Part shown: piece by piece, positions 1 through 11,900 of the stretch | Layout of the letters: every line of letters begins with the position of its first letter | How positions within the stretch are numbered: position 1 is the first letter of the stretch | The notes under the pieces: model-generated | Seen by the model: only the letters and a program-made list of their open reading frames with translations | The model's database searches: none | Told to the model about the DNA's origin: nothing | Translations under genes and position numbers: made by a program | Assembly (NCBI RefSeq): GCF_021028975.2 | Contig: NC_059430.1 | Coordinates: 109,120,001-109,184,000, forward strand | From: Sphaerodactylus townsendi | Taxonomy: Eukaryota | Reading direction: 5' to 3' | Length of the DNA: 64,000 nucleotides

Positions 1-62
1 CTCTGGAATATGGACTCGAAAATGCAGGCTGGTGAGATGGTGTTCAGGTCCTGTCCATGTAT
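1..62 (-). CDS. MTF1: MTF1 exon 8 (partial)
   Basis: ttctccag|IHGQDLNTISPACIFESIFQ..., runs off window. Confidence 0.9.
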   Translation of the reverse strand, partial: MHGQDLNTISPACIFESIFQ

Positions 63-334
63 CTGGAGAAAGGAGGGAGCACAGTTAGGCAACCAGCAGT
101 GTACCTGGACCCAATTTCAGTGGCAATGCCAGCCACTTGCTCGGACTCACAGAGCTGGCATCTACTCTCAAATATCCATTTCCTGATGCAATCAGCTCGC
201 AGAGATGTAAAGGGTTGCTTTCACCTGCATCAGAGAAGTCCATCTCTGAAAGTTTGAAGTCCGTATCCAACAAAACTGGCTGGGGACTCACTCTCCCACC
301 GTGCTGTCAACAACCGACCACAAGGAATACTTAC

Positions 335-412
335 TGGATTAGAATTATCCCGCAAATCTGAATCTGTGGACATGAGGCTCAAGTCGCTCAGGCAGAGCGA
401 TTGGTTCGTATC
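335..412 (-). CDS. MTF1: MTF1 exon 7 (acidic activation/NES region)
   Basis: 78 nt, DTNQSLCLSDLSLMSTDSDLRDNSNP, ag/GTAAGT. Confidence 0.95.
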
Positions 413-1054
413 CTGGGGAAAAGGAGAGGGGCCTTCTTTTAATCAGTGGAGCATTTAAAATTATAAGGGTGGTTTGTCTCACCCTTTCCTCGTGTCGCAA
501 GAAGGATGGAGTAAGGGGGACCCAAGACATTTGCTGGGCCCTTTAAAACAAAAGTACGAAGCACCATTGAATGGGAGGATTGCCAGCAACTGAAGGACAG
601 CAGTGGAGTACTCAAAGGGCACTTGAAGGCACCTCTAATTGCATTATCAGCTTAAATGGCACTAGAATGAGTGTCCAGGGAGTCAAATAGTATGAATAAT
701 ACCACTGTGAACACAGATAATGCAAGCCAAGTGAATACAATAAACCCTGAGAAATATTATTCCCACAAGGGAGAAAAGAAGACAGGCCACACCTTAGATG
801 TCTTTACTAAGAAGCAAGTCTCCTTTCTTTCATGCTGGAAAAAATGCTGTTTGCCTTTGGACTCCTGTTTGAGATTGCTGCCAAGGGTGCTCAAAACTAG
901 GCATCGGTTTTTAATGGTAGGAAATCTTCCTGACCACCATACTATGTGCAAAAATGCACATCTTTGTTCATATTCCCCACTGTGCAATTTCATCTGCAAA
1001 AAGCTCCTAAGAAGTTGGACTTCTACAAGAGTCTCAGCCTTGGATATCCTAGAT

Positions 1055-1192
1055 CAGGGGTCTCCAACCTGCTACCTTCCAAATGTTCATGGACTACAAC
1101 TCCCATCAGCTCTGCCGATTGGTCATGTTGGCAGGGGATGATGGTAATCATAGTCCATGGATATCTGGAGGGCTGCACGTTGAAGTCCCCTA
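1055..1192. mobile_element. hAT-type MITE
   Basis: CAGGGG terminal inverted repeats; 8-bp TSD TCCTAGAT. Confidence 0.85.
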
Positions 1193-1270
1193 TCCTAGAT
1201 ACTGACAGATAAAGAACAGTGTGTTGCCAAAAGAAACCTGCATTTCCACCTTAAGGATGAAGCCACCCAC

Positions 1271-1404
1271 CTCAGAGATGTTGCTGTTGGAGAGAACAGT
1301 GTAGGAGGGCCCTTTGTCGTGCCCCTTCATGTGACTCTTGAGACTGTATTGTGTGCTGAAGGTCTTCTCGCAACCATTGCTGGGGCAGAAGAAGGGTCTC
1401 TCAC
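1271..1404 (-). CDS. MTF1: MTF1 exon 6 (zinc finger 6)
   Basis: 134 nt, [29 protein letters not shown]. Confidence 0.95.
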
Positions 1405-1960
1405 CTGCAACAGCACAAATCAGTGAGAATTTGTGCATGGCCAGCTGCTTTTATGTTGCTGCTGGCCCAAGAATTCTTTACTGCTCGGCAGACCTGGGAT
1501 TTCCTAGGGAAGGGGCCTTGGCTCAGTGGTGGAATATTTACTTAGCCTACAGAAAATCCCAGGTTCAATCTTTGGCACCTCCAGTTGAAAGATCTGGCGG
1601 TAGATGGTAAGAAAGACCACTGACTGAGGCCCAGGAGCGCCAATGTTGGTCTGAGTTGACAATATTGACTTTGATGGAGTGAGAGTCTGATTCAGCATCA
1701 AGCATCTTCATGGGTTCATACGATTTCAAATGCTCGAACAGGATTCAGACGCTAATTGGGCAAGAGTGAGCACTGCTAACAGGTTTCAGTGGAAAACCAT
1801 TTTGGCATGACTGCTTGTTCCATTAGGCCAGGCTGCTTTTGAGTTGATTCTTAGTTTTCACTCATTAATACCGAGCCACTGGCCACCCCATGGCTACATC
1901 ATTACAAGTGACACAGCATTACAAAGGTGACTCCAGACCTGCCTGTCCCAACTGTCTTAC

Positions 1961-2034
1961 CTGTATGTGTCCTGACATGCGTTTTCAGGTGGTGACTTGC
2001 AGCAAACGCCTTTCCACAACCATCATGATCACAC
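1961..2034 (-). CDS. MTF1: MTF1 exon 5 (zinc finger 5)
   Basis: 74 nt, [24 protein letters not shown]. Confidence 0.96.
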
Positions 2035-2469
2035 CTACAGGGTAAAGGAAAGGGAAGAAGTATCAGCAAGAGGCTACCCGCAGAAACCATTTCTTGCCTC
2101 CTACCAGGTCAGAAACATGGAAAGCAGAAGTCCCCAGCTTGGTTTGCTTTTGGACACAGTGGCGATGTAGGAGAGGAAGGCACAAGAATGCCAGTCCACT
2201 GAGGTCACCGAGCAACTGACCAGGCAAGGCGTCCAGTCATGCCTCCAGGTGGATTGTGTTCCTATGCTGCAGTAAAGGGAGGTGCAATTTCTTCCAGGGC
2301 TGCACCTCCCTGAGTGTTAAAACTCCCCTTCCTTAAGCAAGTATTCAGGTCTTAAGAGCTCAGTCCTACACTGGCTATTCTATGTAAAAGCAATGCAAAT
2401 GCTAAGAGATAACAGGGTTTCAGGCAAAATTATTTATCTGTGAAACTCAAATGTTGCTTTGTTTCAAGT

Positions 2470-2700
2470 GGGTAGTTGTATTGGTCAGCAGTAGAAGAGC
2501 AAGATTCGAGTCTAGTAGCACCTTGTGGACCAGCAAGATTTCCAGGGAATAAGCTTTCAAGAGTCAAAGTTCCCTTCGTCAGATACCCTTCTTGCGTCTG
2601 TTTCAAGAGAGCTTTGACTTTCGAAAGCTTATACCCTGGAAATCTTGTTGGTCCCCAAAGACTTAAATCTTGCTCATATACTACTCTGCAACTGGCATTT
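2470..2700. repeat. Palindromic interspersed repeat (possibly Penelope-related, non-autonomous)
   Basis: Inverted arms accagcaagatttccaggg...agtcaaag / ctttgact...ccctggaaatcttgttggt; related fragments near 5000 and 12950. Confidence 0.6.
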
Positions 2701-3517
2701 CCAAAGTAGCATACAAATGACCAAAACCCAAACAGCAAGGCTAACTTTCCAACACTCAACCAAACAAAACCGTTTCATACTTGTACATGGACCTCCATTA
2801 AAGAGGGAGATTAACTGCTCCAGAACCAGGGGACAACAACATGGTGCCTGTGGGGGCCATGGCACCCACAACACCTTTTCTGGTGTTCGGGAAATGGGCA
2901 GGGCTTTCAGAAAATGGGTGGGGTCAGGTAGGGCTTTTGGTTGACTACTGGAGATTTGATTACCTGGGCAAATTTCTTTTAAATGTTGCTTGGGCAGTGG
3001 CTGCCACTACAGCACACTACACTGCTGCCACTACACTGTGCTACTGAAATTAAGCTGTGGCAATCATTTCGTAGCTAGCGCCGTCTCCTGCCGCAGTAAT
3101 TTCTTTGGCAGCCATTTTGTTGCAGTGCCCATCATGATGTGTCAGATGTGCCAACAGGCTCAAAAACGTTGGGGAGTCTTGTTTTAGACCATCAGGAATA
3201 CTACACAAAAGGACCCTGTTCCTTGCAGAAAACAATCCAAGTGGGGGGCTCACTGGCTAAGGTTTCGGGGAAGTTTATATGGGAGAAGGCACTCATGAAT
3301 GTTCTCCAGACCCTGATCTTCGAGGGCTTTACAAGCACCTTAAATTGATCTTGAAAATAAACTGATAACCAGCTCAGTCGTCAAAAGCAGCAGTGGGATT
3401 CTGTTCCAATCTCCACAGTACTCCTCCAACTTTTTAGGAAGCCCCATGGTACAGTAATCTAATCTGGAGCAGTTTAACAACTCTGCTCAATTCCTCTGCT
3501 GCAACTCAAGAGCTCAC

Positions 3518-3649
3518 CTGAAGGGCTTCTCGCCGGTGTGAGTCCGAATGTGTTTCCGTAGATCACTGAGTGTAGTGAAATACTTGCTGCAACCCTCTGA
3601 TTCACAGTTGAATGTTTTCCCTGTGTGAAGCCTCTGATGGGCTTTCAGC
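3518..3649 (-). CDS. MTF1: MTF1 exon 4 (zinc fingers 3-4)
   Basis: 132 nt, [33 protein letters not shown]. Confidence 0.96.
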
Positions 3650-3968
3650 CTATAGAGTGGGAAGAAGGAGACACTGTTACTTGTGGTATCTTCTGAACTG
3701 GATCCACCCAACAAAGTAGGCATGGGGAAATATCTGAACATGATGGCAGCCAGGGGAATCTCAAGCTGAAACATTCAACATTTGGGTAGCAAAGGAAGCC
3801 CTTCTTGCAGATCCTGCAGGTAGCCTGGATCAACAGACCTGCCCAACACAGACCCACGCTTGTAAGGAAAGTTGTGGGGAGACTATTCTTCAATTTGGGA
3901 CTTTCAGAGAGGCTGAAAGCATGAGCACAATCAAGATCTTCATGGAGAGAGAACCCTCCCACGCTTAC

Positions 3969-4207
3969 CTGTACAGTGTATTAAAGGCTTTTTCACAGCC
4001 TTGAACATCACACTCAAAAGGTTTCTCCTTGGTGTGGACGCGAACATGGATTTTGAGACTGTAGGAGGTCAGGAAAGCCTTTCCACAGCCCTCCTGGTTA
4101 CACACAAAGGTGTATTCCCCTCGGTGCGTCTTCTGGTGGGTGCGCAGGTTACCTGCAGTGCTGTAGGTACGAGGACAGCCCTCAAATGTGCACTGGTAGC
4201 GTTTCAC
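3969..4207 (-). CDS. MTF1: MTF1 exon 3 (zinc fingers 1-3)
   Basis: 239 nt, [24 protein letters not shown]...CEKAFNTLY. Confidence 0.97.
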
Positions 4208-5639
4208 CTGGGGGGGGGGGGAAGCACAAAGATGGCACATTGAAATCTACCTGCTGCTGACATTGTTACTCCTCTTGACCTGGGCAAGTTACTTTCTGTA
4301 AACCTAAGCCTCATCAAGAAGAACCAGACAGGATTCATTTCTTCCAGTAAAAGAGACCACAACATGATTAGCATGAAGCTGTTCATCCATCAGGCTCCAC
4401 AACTGAGTCTAGCTTTAGGCAAGGTTTGATATGAACACCGTCTAGCTCTGTGAGATGACAACGGAAAAGGTTACTTCAGGTGTTAACTCAGGTAACTCAG
4501 AGCATTTTGCAGTGGATGAAATCAAGCACTCTGCAAGGGGAAAGGGCCAATGGCTACTGGCCTAAGCTACTTCACTTGAGGGTAACAGTGGAGGAACTTC
4601 TCAAACTGCCGCAAAGGTAAAGAGGTGTTTGCTCTTTACAGTTAGAGGAAAAAGTAGACAACAGTAGAATGAGGTACCTTCAAGTCTCAGTAGGAAGGAA
4701 CAAACATCAGCAGTTTCAGAAAGACAAGTTGGGATGACATCATGTTGTCTTCCCATCCACCTCTATTCAACATCCAGCAGTTTCCTTAAAGGGGAAAGAC
4801 TGGTTGAGCAGCTACAGCCACAAGTCTCATCGCTCCATGCCCATCTCCAGCAGTGCATTTCAGCTGCCAGTCCTAAAAAAGTCCCAAACCAGCAGCCCCA
4901 AGGCGAGGAATGAGACAACTGGTCAATCTCACGGAGCAGCAAATCTGTCCCAGCCATCTGCTCTGTACTTAAAGAGTCACATACAAGATTATGGCTGACC
5001 ACGCAGGCTCTAGTCTGCTCCATGAAAGCTTATGTTAGAATTAAGACAGGTTATAGCCTTTAAGATGCCACAAAACTCTTGGATTACCTTTGCTGCAACA
5101 TACTAACATGGCTAAGCCTCTGGAATACCAACTTGATGCTTCCTACTGAGCATAATCTTGCCAAAGGTTTACAGAGTGAGTCATCCACTTAATGCTGCTG
5201 AGCGTGGTTAGGTGAAGGATCTGAACAGGTGAGCTCTGGGAAGGAAGACTTCAAAGATCCTTCCATTCCTTCTGCTTTCTTTCCTGAACGAGATCATTTA
5301 AAGGTCAGGGGACAAACCCCCCACTGCCTTGAAGGCTCAGGAAAGACTTCTAGGTATGCTAAGAGCAACAGGCAGTCAGAACAGAAGTCAAAGGCTGCCA
5401 GGAAAAGGAGGTTTAGGATGAAGCTGATTCTCCTGTGTGAAATAAAGGGGCATTTGTAAAGCTTCCTCACAAGGGTCATATTGGATCATCAAGGCAGTTA
5501 AACCAATGCTTTGAAATGCTGGGGTTGGCTTTTAAGTGAATGTTATTTCTGGTCAATCTGGAGTTTCGGTTTGCTCAACTGTCAGCTGCTTCAGAGACTT
5601 TTGGAAGGCGGCTCAATAAAGATCTACCAACAACTAAAG

Positions 5640-5815
5640 TGGGCCAGGCTGACCCGATCTCATCCATACTCAGTAGCTAAGCTCTGGTTAGTACTTGGAT
5701 GGGAGACCACAGAGAAAGACCTGGGTTGCTACTTAGAGGCAGGCCATTGCAAACCTCCCCTGTTCGTCTCTTGCCTTGAAAAACCTACAGGGTCGCTGTA
5801 AGTTGGCTGCAACTG
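5640..5815 (+). mobile_element. SINE with 5S rRNA-like head; further copies near 17870, 23290, 26100, 27610, 33260, 38160, 41880, 52880
   Basis: cccgatctc...ggttagtacttggatgggagacc followed by a shared tail ending tcttgccttgaaaa. Confidence 0.7.
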
Positions 5816-6066
5816 CACCACAATTCCCATGATCAAAGTTTCTACCTGCCCACTTTCACAAGAACTGAACCATGGATCAGGAAAACAGGAAGATAACTAC
5901 GAGACAATTGCAGAGAGATTGCACAATACCAACTTGAACACCGTGCCTTCCTTTCACAACAGAAAGAAGGAAGTAGGATGAAAGCGCAAGGCAGTTTTGT
6001 AATGACTGCTGGTGCTAACAAGAGGCCAATCTCTGTGAAAGTGAATTCTGACTAGTTAATCTAGAG

Positions 6067-6214
6067 CAGGGGTAGGGAACCTGCGGCTCTCCAGATGTTC
6101 AGGAACTACAATTCCCATCAGCCCCTAACAGCATGGCCAATTGGCCATGCTGACAGAGGCTGATGGGAATTGTAGTTCCTGAACATCTGGAGAGCCGCAG
6201 GTTCCCTACCCCTG
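6067..6214. mobile_element. hAT-type palindromic MITE (young copy)
   Basis: Near-perfect 148-bp palindrome centred on CATGGCCAATTGGCCATG; TSD ATCTAGAG. Confidence 0.92.
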
Positions 6215-7919
6215 ATCTAGAGACACATCCTTAACTTGGTTCCTCAGCAGAGGTAGGAAGAGGGGCTACCATTTCTCATGCAGCCACACCCTTTAGTACA
6301 GGACATGGACAAAGAGAATCTCAGGAAAGATTTTACCATTGTAATGCCTTTCAAAGTTGGCAGACAATTATACTGAGTGTAAACATACTTTAATGAAAAA
6401 GCCACCATGTGAGACTTATCCGTGCTTAGCCCCTGGTGTCCCTTGGGGCTGAAAAATGACTTTTCAAATTATGCATTGGAATAACTAGGATAAAAAAGGC
6501 TGGTTTTATGATTCTCTAAGATTTTGCAAAGGTAGAGAACAAAAATATTAAATTTTAAAAGCTGCAGGTACCCAACTGTACCTTCCATTAGTGACTAACC
6601 AAGTCTGGAAAAAAACAGCATAGGTAAAAATTAGCAGAAGCCCTAGCAAAGAATTTGAAGGACAAAGAGCAGAGGAGCCGGCAATGGCTCCAGCATCTGT
6701 TGCCAACAGCTCTGGAACTTGGCCAGTATCAATCCTGCTGGCAAGGGCTGCACAGGGACAGAACACAGCCCTGTCAGAAAGCCAAGACATGCCACTGGGA
6801 TTAGTCACAGGGAAAACAGGAAATGTTCGTGTCCCCCCCACTCCCCCACCCCCAAAAAATCTGAAATGAGATTCAAGTGCCTAGACACTTGCATCTTCCC
6901 AAGGCAAGTCAAAAACAAAGACACAGGAATTTACAGCACTGAAAGGGGACAATAAGTCTGCATCTTCCAACTGGATTGTGCCCAGGATCTAGGTGACGAG
7001 AAAATATTCTTGGTGGAACCAGCAAATGAGTGACTTAAGGATCAAAGAGTTACAGGCAAAGTTTTGCTATAAAAACTTCCACCTCTTTAATTGGGCCCAA
7101 GAATTGCACGGCATAGGGTTGGGAGGGGGTGCTTGAGCTTCTGGGCTAGCCAAGTTACAAAGAAGCATCTCCCACATAACTTTATATGGGCTCTCCTGCC
7201 CCTCCAGTGCTTTCAACCACCATTTCTTGAATGTCTGTGCTACTAGTTCACAGAAGACGCAAACAGCCAGCCCTACATTCTCCCATAGGAGAAAACCATC
7301 CAATGTATTTTATGAAGGAAATGGGCTAGCTGCATGAATCTTTGGATGAATCTCTTGCGTTGTCAAAGTGTGAAGTGTTCATATGTGCAAGTGGAACAAA
7401 CATTCTGCCCTGTATCCCGGAAGCTGCTACGGCAATGGTGACTTCTGGTATTTTTACACAAGTCCCCAAATGGTTTGGGCTTCAATTATAATTGATTGAG
7501 ATTCAAAGGTGATTTGAACCTTAGGTGCTCTTTGGAAGAGCGCTTGGACTCTTCTGTTCTTTACTCGTGCTAAACGATAGGCAATTACCAATCTAAGTCA
7601 ATAGGCAACTCCCAAAGCATCAAACCCTTCAAAAACAGAACTGTGTGAAACAGCACCATGGCATTTCTGATAACACCTCTTCCACTCACCCTGGTAATAG
7701 GGAGATAATATTGTTGGCCAATCCACATTGATCCTGAAGAACTTGGGGAAAAAAGGCCACAGGCTCAAGATAAGCAATAGCTGAGGCACAAATGACTCAA
7801 CAGCAGCATACAAGTCTTCCAGAATTACAAGAGAAAGCTGGATGAGTGTGTATCAGGAGAAATGGGGGTAGTGTTTAGAGTATTTAAACTCTTAAGCCAG
7901 CAGACAAGCTGTTGCCACC

Positions 7920-8035
7920 AAAAAAGTTGCTGGCTCAAAGTCATCTAAGAGAATAGTAACGTGAACAGTTCTATCATCTATGATGACTGTTCACATTACT
8001 ATTCTCTTAGATGACTTTGAGCCAGCAACTTTTTT
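7920..8035. repeat. 50-bp inverted repeat (hairpin) with 16-nt loop
   Basis: 7920-7969 is the reverse complement of 7986-8035 with a single mismatch. Confidence 0.95.
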
Positions 8036-10476
8036 CTACTCTGGGTCTGACCTTTGAATAGGTCAGATGCAACAGCTACAGCCAATCAGCTGTCAGATGG
8101 CTGGTATGGGAGAGGTTTGGACCCTAGGAGTCAACAAAACTGAGCTCTTCAAGTTTTGTTGCAAACCAAGGTGACACATCAATAAAACAAAGCAGATTCA
8201 ACACAGACATGAAGTAGAAAACTGACATTTTATCAGCTTTGAAAAAAAATGCCTTGCACACTGCTGAGGAAACACTCTGGGTCAATCACAACCAAAAGTT
8301 CACTGGCTTGGGCTTGCAAAAGTCCTTTTACCACAAACCTGTTGCTGCTGCTGAGTAAAGAGTCTGCTGTTCTTTGCTTGATTGCAAAGCTGCAGGGAGC
8401 AGAACAAAACACACCAGAGGCCTTTCACACACAGTGCCTTTCACAGCACAGTTCAGTACGCCCTGGCAAAGGAAACTTGCACTCAAGGGAGAAAAGTGGT
8501 AGCACAAATAACTATGCCCAGAACAGCCTGGTGAGCAATCTGAATGCAACAATCAAGACAATTCACAAAAGCAGGCTCTATTCTATGGAAACAAAAGTTT
8601 GTAGCTGAGAAATTCAGCTTAGCCTACCTGTGTAAGATGACCAAGCAACTTTGCTCTGAAGGAGGCCAATAGTCTAACCTTGCGCACAAAGATGATGATA
8701 GGCCATCCCGTTAAAAAAAGTCTTGAGGAATTTTATAATCTCATAAATTCATGGGAGAATAAAGTTTTCCTAAGCATGCACGAATCTGCAGTGCACCCTA
8801 CTCCAAGAAAGCTTCCAATACATTAAATCCATTAGTCTTTAAGGAACCTATTGTTTTTTAAGTCTTTTTGTCTTTACAATGAAAAATGAACTACATTTTA
8901 ATTTCAACTAGAGTTAACAAGTGCCAATAGTTTCTGCAAACTAAGGTCTCTGTCTCTTCCAAACTATCTTTTCCTGAACAGCTAATTAATAATATCAATT
9001 TAAGTCGCGATCAATTATCTGAATATACAGATATTGCAGTGGAAATTCCAGGAGAATTTTATCCCTGATAAATTCATTGAAATGAGAATTTCTCCTGATT
9101 ATTTTCTGGACAATAGAAAGATGTTTCAGAGGACCCATCAGTCTTTCTCCAGAGCTACCAAAGTAATCAAAATATATGTAATCAAAATATAGACTTCAAT
9201 AATCAAACTGAAACTAGAAAGGCTGCTTTAGAATTCTGCAGTTTTAAAATTGCAGACTAAGATTCTGAAGATCCAGACCAACTCTGATAACTTCAATTTT
9301 GTTATGACTCAAATGAACAGCACTTCTGCCCTGTTAGCCATTTAAGGAATTCTTCCTAAAAGGAACAAAATACCTGCTTAGGCAGCTGGAGAACTGACAA
9401 AAAATGGATTGGAGAATGTGCTCATTAATAACAGTATAAAAGCTAAAGAAGAACCCATTCATACCAAGGATTATGGGAACCAAACGAAAAGAGAAAGAAT
9501 TTGATCTCTATGTTCTGTTTGTTGGCCTTTCTAGGCAACTGGCTGGGCACTATGTGAAAAAGGCTACTGGACCGGAAGGATCACTGGTCTGATCTAGAAG
9601 GACCTTTAAAAAATGTTTTGCTTTTTTTTTTAGGGTCTTGCATTTTTACAAACAGCATGCGAAGGAATGACCAAATTAACAGGTTAAATCAGGAAACAGC
9701 AGGTGTTAGTATCTGGACTGCTGACACAAGCACACTTCAGAGCTCTCCCTGGTATGGTATACTCCTGAATTTAATGGGAATCTTAAATTCACTTTCCATT
9801 TTAATTTGAAGAGAGACATATGCATTCTGAATTACCCTATATGAAAAGGTATATGGATGCAGGGCCTGTAAAACCGATTTGTTCCACTCGGCCTTTGGGG
9901 AGGCCGGCCGCGGATTGCCTGCCCCCTCTGATGCCCCCGTGTTGTTTGTTATGCCATCTTTGGCACTGCCGATATAACATCTATTCTGCGCTGTCAGTCC
10001 CCTCCTGGCTTGAGATCGGGCGCCACCTCTATTATCAACTGGGTTTGTTAACGCTGCTGTGTTTTTTCAGAGTTTTAAATCACGGATTTTAATTTAATTT
10101 ATTATGTATTATTGTTCTACACGCTGTTTTGTTGTACACCACCCAGAGCCCTTCGGGGGTGGGCGGTTTATTAAATCAAACAAACAATAATAATGATAAT
10201 GATGATGTTTGATTTTTTGCTCTACAGAAATTTGTCTCAGAAAATGAGGAGAAGCAAATATTCAAAATCATCACAGAAGCTTAATCAAGTTCGGGTAAAG
10301 GCAAATAATCTCCACATTAGCTCTGCAATGTAAGAACAGGATCCAGAATTATATTTTGAACAGTGATCTTACAGCTTTAAAAGTAATACACAGCAACATT
10401 TTGAGATGGAGTTTCTCATTGCTAGACAAACGCCTGCAAAAAGGAGAAAGTAGTCGGATTACAGTCTGTTACTTAC

Positions 10477-10887
10477 TTCTTTAAACTTGGTCTCAGGGCA
10501 CTCTGATTGCAAAGTAAGGGTGGCTCCTTCTATGTTTCGTGGCATCGGAGTTGAACCAGGGTTGATAGTCAAATGAATCTGATCCGGAGAAATAATGTGC
10601 TGGACATAACCCTGGGATATTCCTTCATGGTCCGCTATCAAATGAAACCTGTCCTCATGACCTTCTGGTAGAAAAGTCAGAGGATCGCCACACTGCCCTT
10701 CATCATCTTCTTCCTCCAGTGACCCTTGGTCTTGTTCAATGAGGACTGTTGTTCTGTCGTACACTGTCCGTGACAAAGATGAGACAAGGCCATTCTTGTC
10801 CACAAACCTTAATGGTTTATCCTCCTGTGCCAAGTCATCTTCCTCCACTTCATAATAGATGACACTCTCAGGACTGTGTTCCCCCAT
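10477..10887 (-). CDS. MTF1: MTF1 exon 2 coding part (start codon)
   Basis: accATGG Kozak at 10887; 411 nt; donor GAA|GTAAGT; exon acceptor at 10938. Confidence 0.96.
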
Positions 10888-11644
10888 GGTTCAGAGGAAT
10901 TCAGGGAAGGGTCGCAGGATAAATAAGCAGCAGCTTACCTGAGGCAGAATAATACAAAAGACAGTGATGACAGTCCAATCAGTGCTTCACCAGAAACCAA
11001 GAAATCCAACCTTCTGCCAATATAGTGTCCTGCTTTAATTTTTTTCTCAGATGTTACTTCACATTGTTACTCTTTAGCTGATTTGGGAGGCGCTTTATTC
11101 ACATTTACTGCAATACCTGTTATGCAGAAAAGTGGCTTATAAATAATTATACATTTTAATAGACTAATCACAACTAAACTTTGCATCCAATAGCATTCAG
11201 TGTGTGAGTCCCTCTCTACAGCCAGAGTCCCTCTCATTTAGATTTTGCCTTTCTGGCCAAAGGCTCACACAGTGACTCTCGATGCAATTAAAATACGACA
11301 ACAGAACGCAACTCAAAATAACCTGTAAAGTTTATTTTAAACACGTCGGAGCTAGGACTGGCCTGTCAGAAGACAGTGGCGCACTGGGCGACCCAGTTTG
11401 GCCGTGCAGGAGAACAGAGTCCCCGCGCCGGGTTCTGGGCTAGCACAAGCTGAGGGTCGCCTCCACGGGCCTGCCTCTCGTTAAGGTTCCCAGGCCCGGC
11501 GACAGTCCATATGGGCTCGGAGGGGAAGGGGAGACCCCTTTCCTATCTGTCCCCCTCCCAATGTTACCACAGCCCCCCCCCTCAAGCCCCAGAGGGAGCG
11601 CAGAGACCCTCCGCCCGCAGCCCCACTTCCCAGCGCTGCCTCAC

Positions 11645-11900
11645 CGGCTCCTCGCAAGGCCAAGTCGAGCCCAGCCCCTGTTGGTGCCATGACACCCGCC
11701 GGCAGGCCCCGTATAGCCCTGGCCCCGACTCGGTCCGTCAGGAATTTCCTCAGACATCGACGCTTCCGCTTCCGTCTAGCGCGGGACATGCCAAGGCCCC
11801 ACTTCCGGACATTGAAAGCTGGCTGGCTAGAGCGGCACCCTGGCGTTAGGATCTTGGGCGCGCAGCGGTGGCGGCGGCTAGATGGTGCGTCCTCTACGTA
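11645..11900 (-). promoter_or_regulatory. MTF1: MTF1 CpG-island promoter and 5'UTR exon 1
   Basis: CpG-rich; donor CCG|GTGAG at 11645/11644; ETS/GABPA-like CGGAAG motifs near 11763-11774 and 11801-11808. Confidence 0.75.

Larger units (their letters stand above)
1..11800 (-). other. MTF1: MTF1 gene (metal regulatory transcription factor 1), exons 1-8, 3' part outside window
   Basis: Spliced [11 protein letters not shown]...[41 protein letters not shown] followed by six C2H2 fingers ([19 protein letters not shown]...); GT-AG introns with consistent phases; TSS approximate. Confidence 0.97.

Noticed and set aside
5640-5715. 5S rRNA gene-like sequence (also at several other sites)
   Set aside because: Partial, diverged and always fused to the same downstream tail, so these are SINE heads rather than rRNA genes
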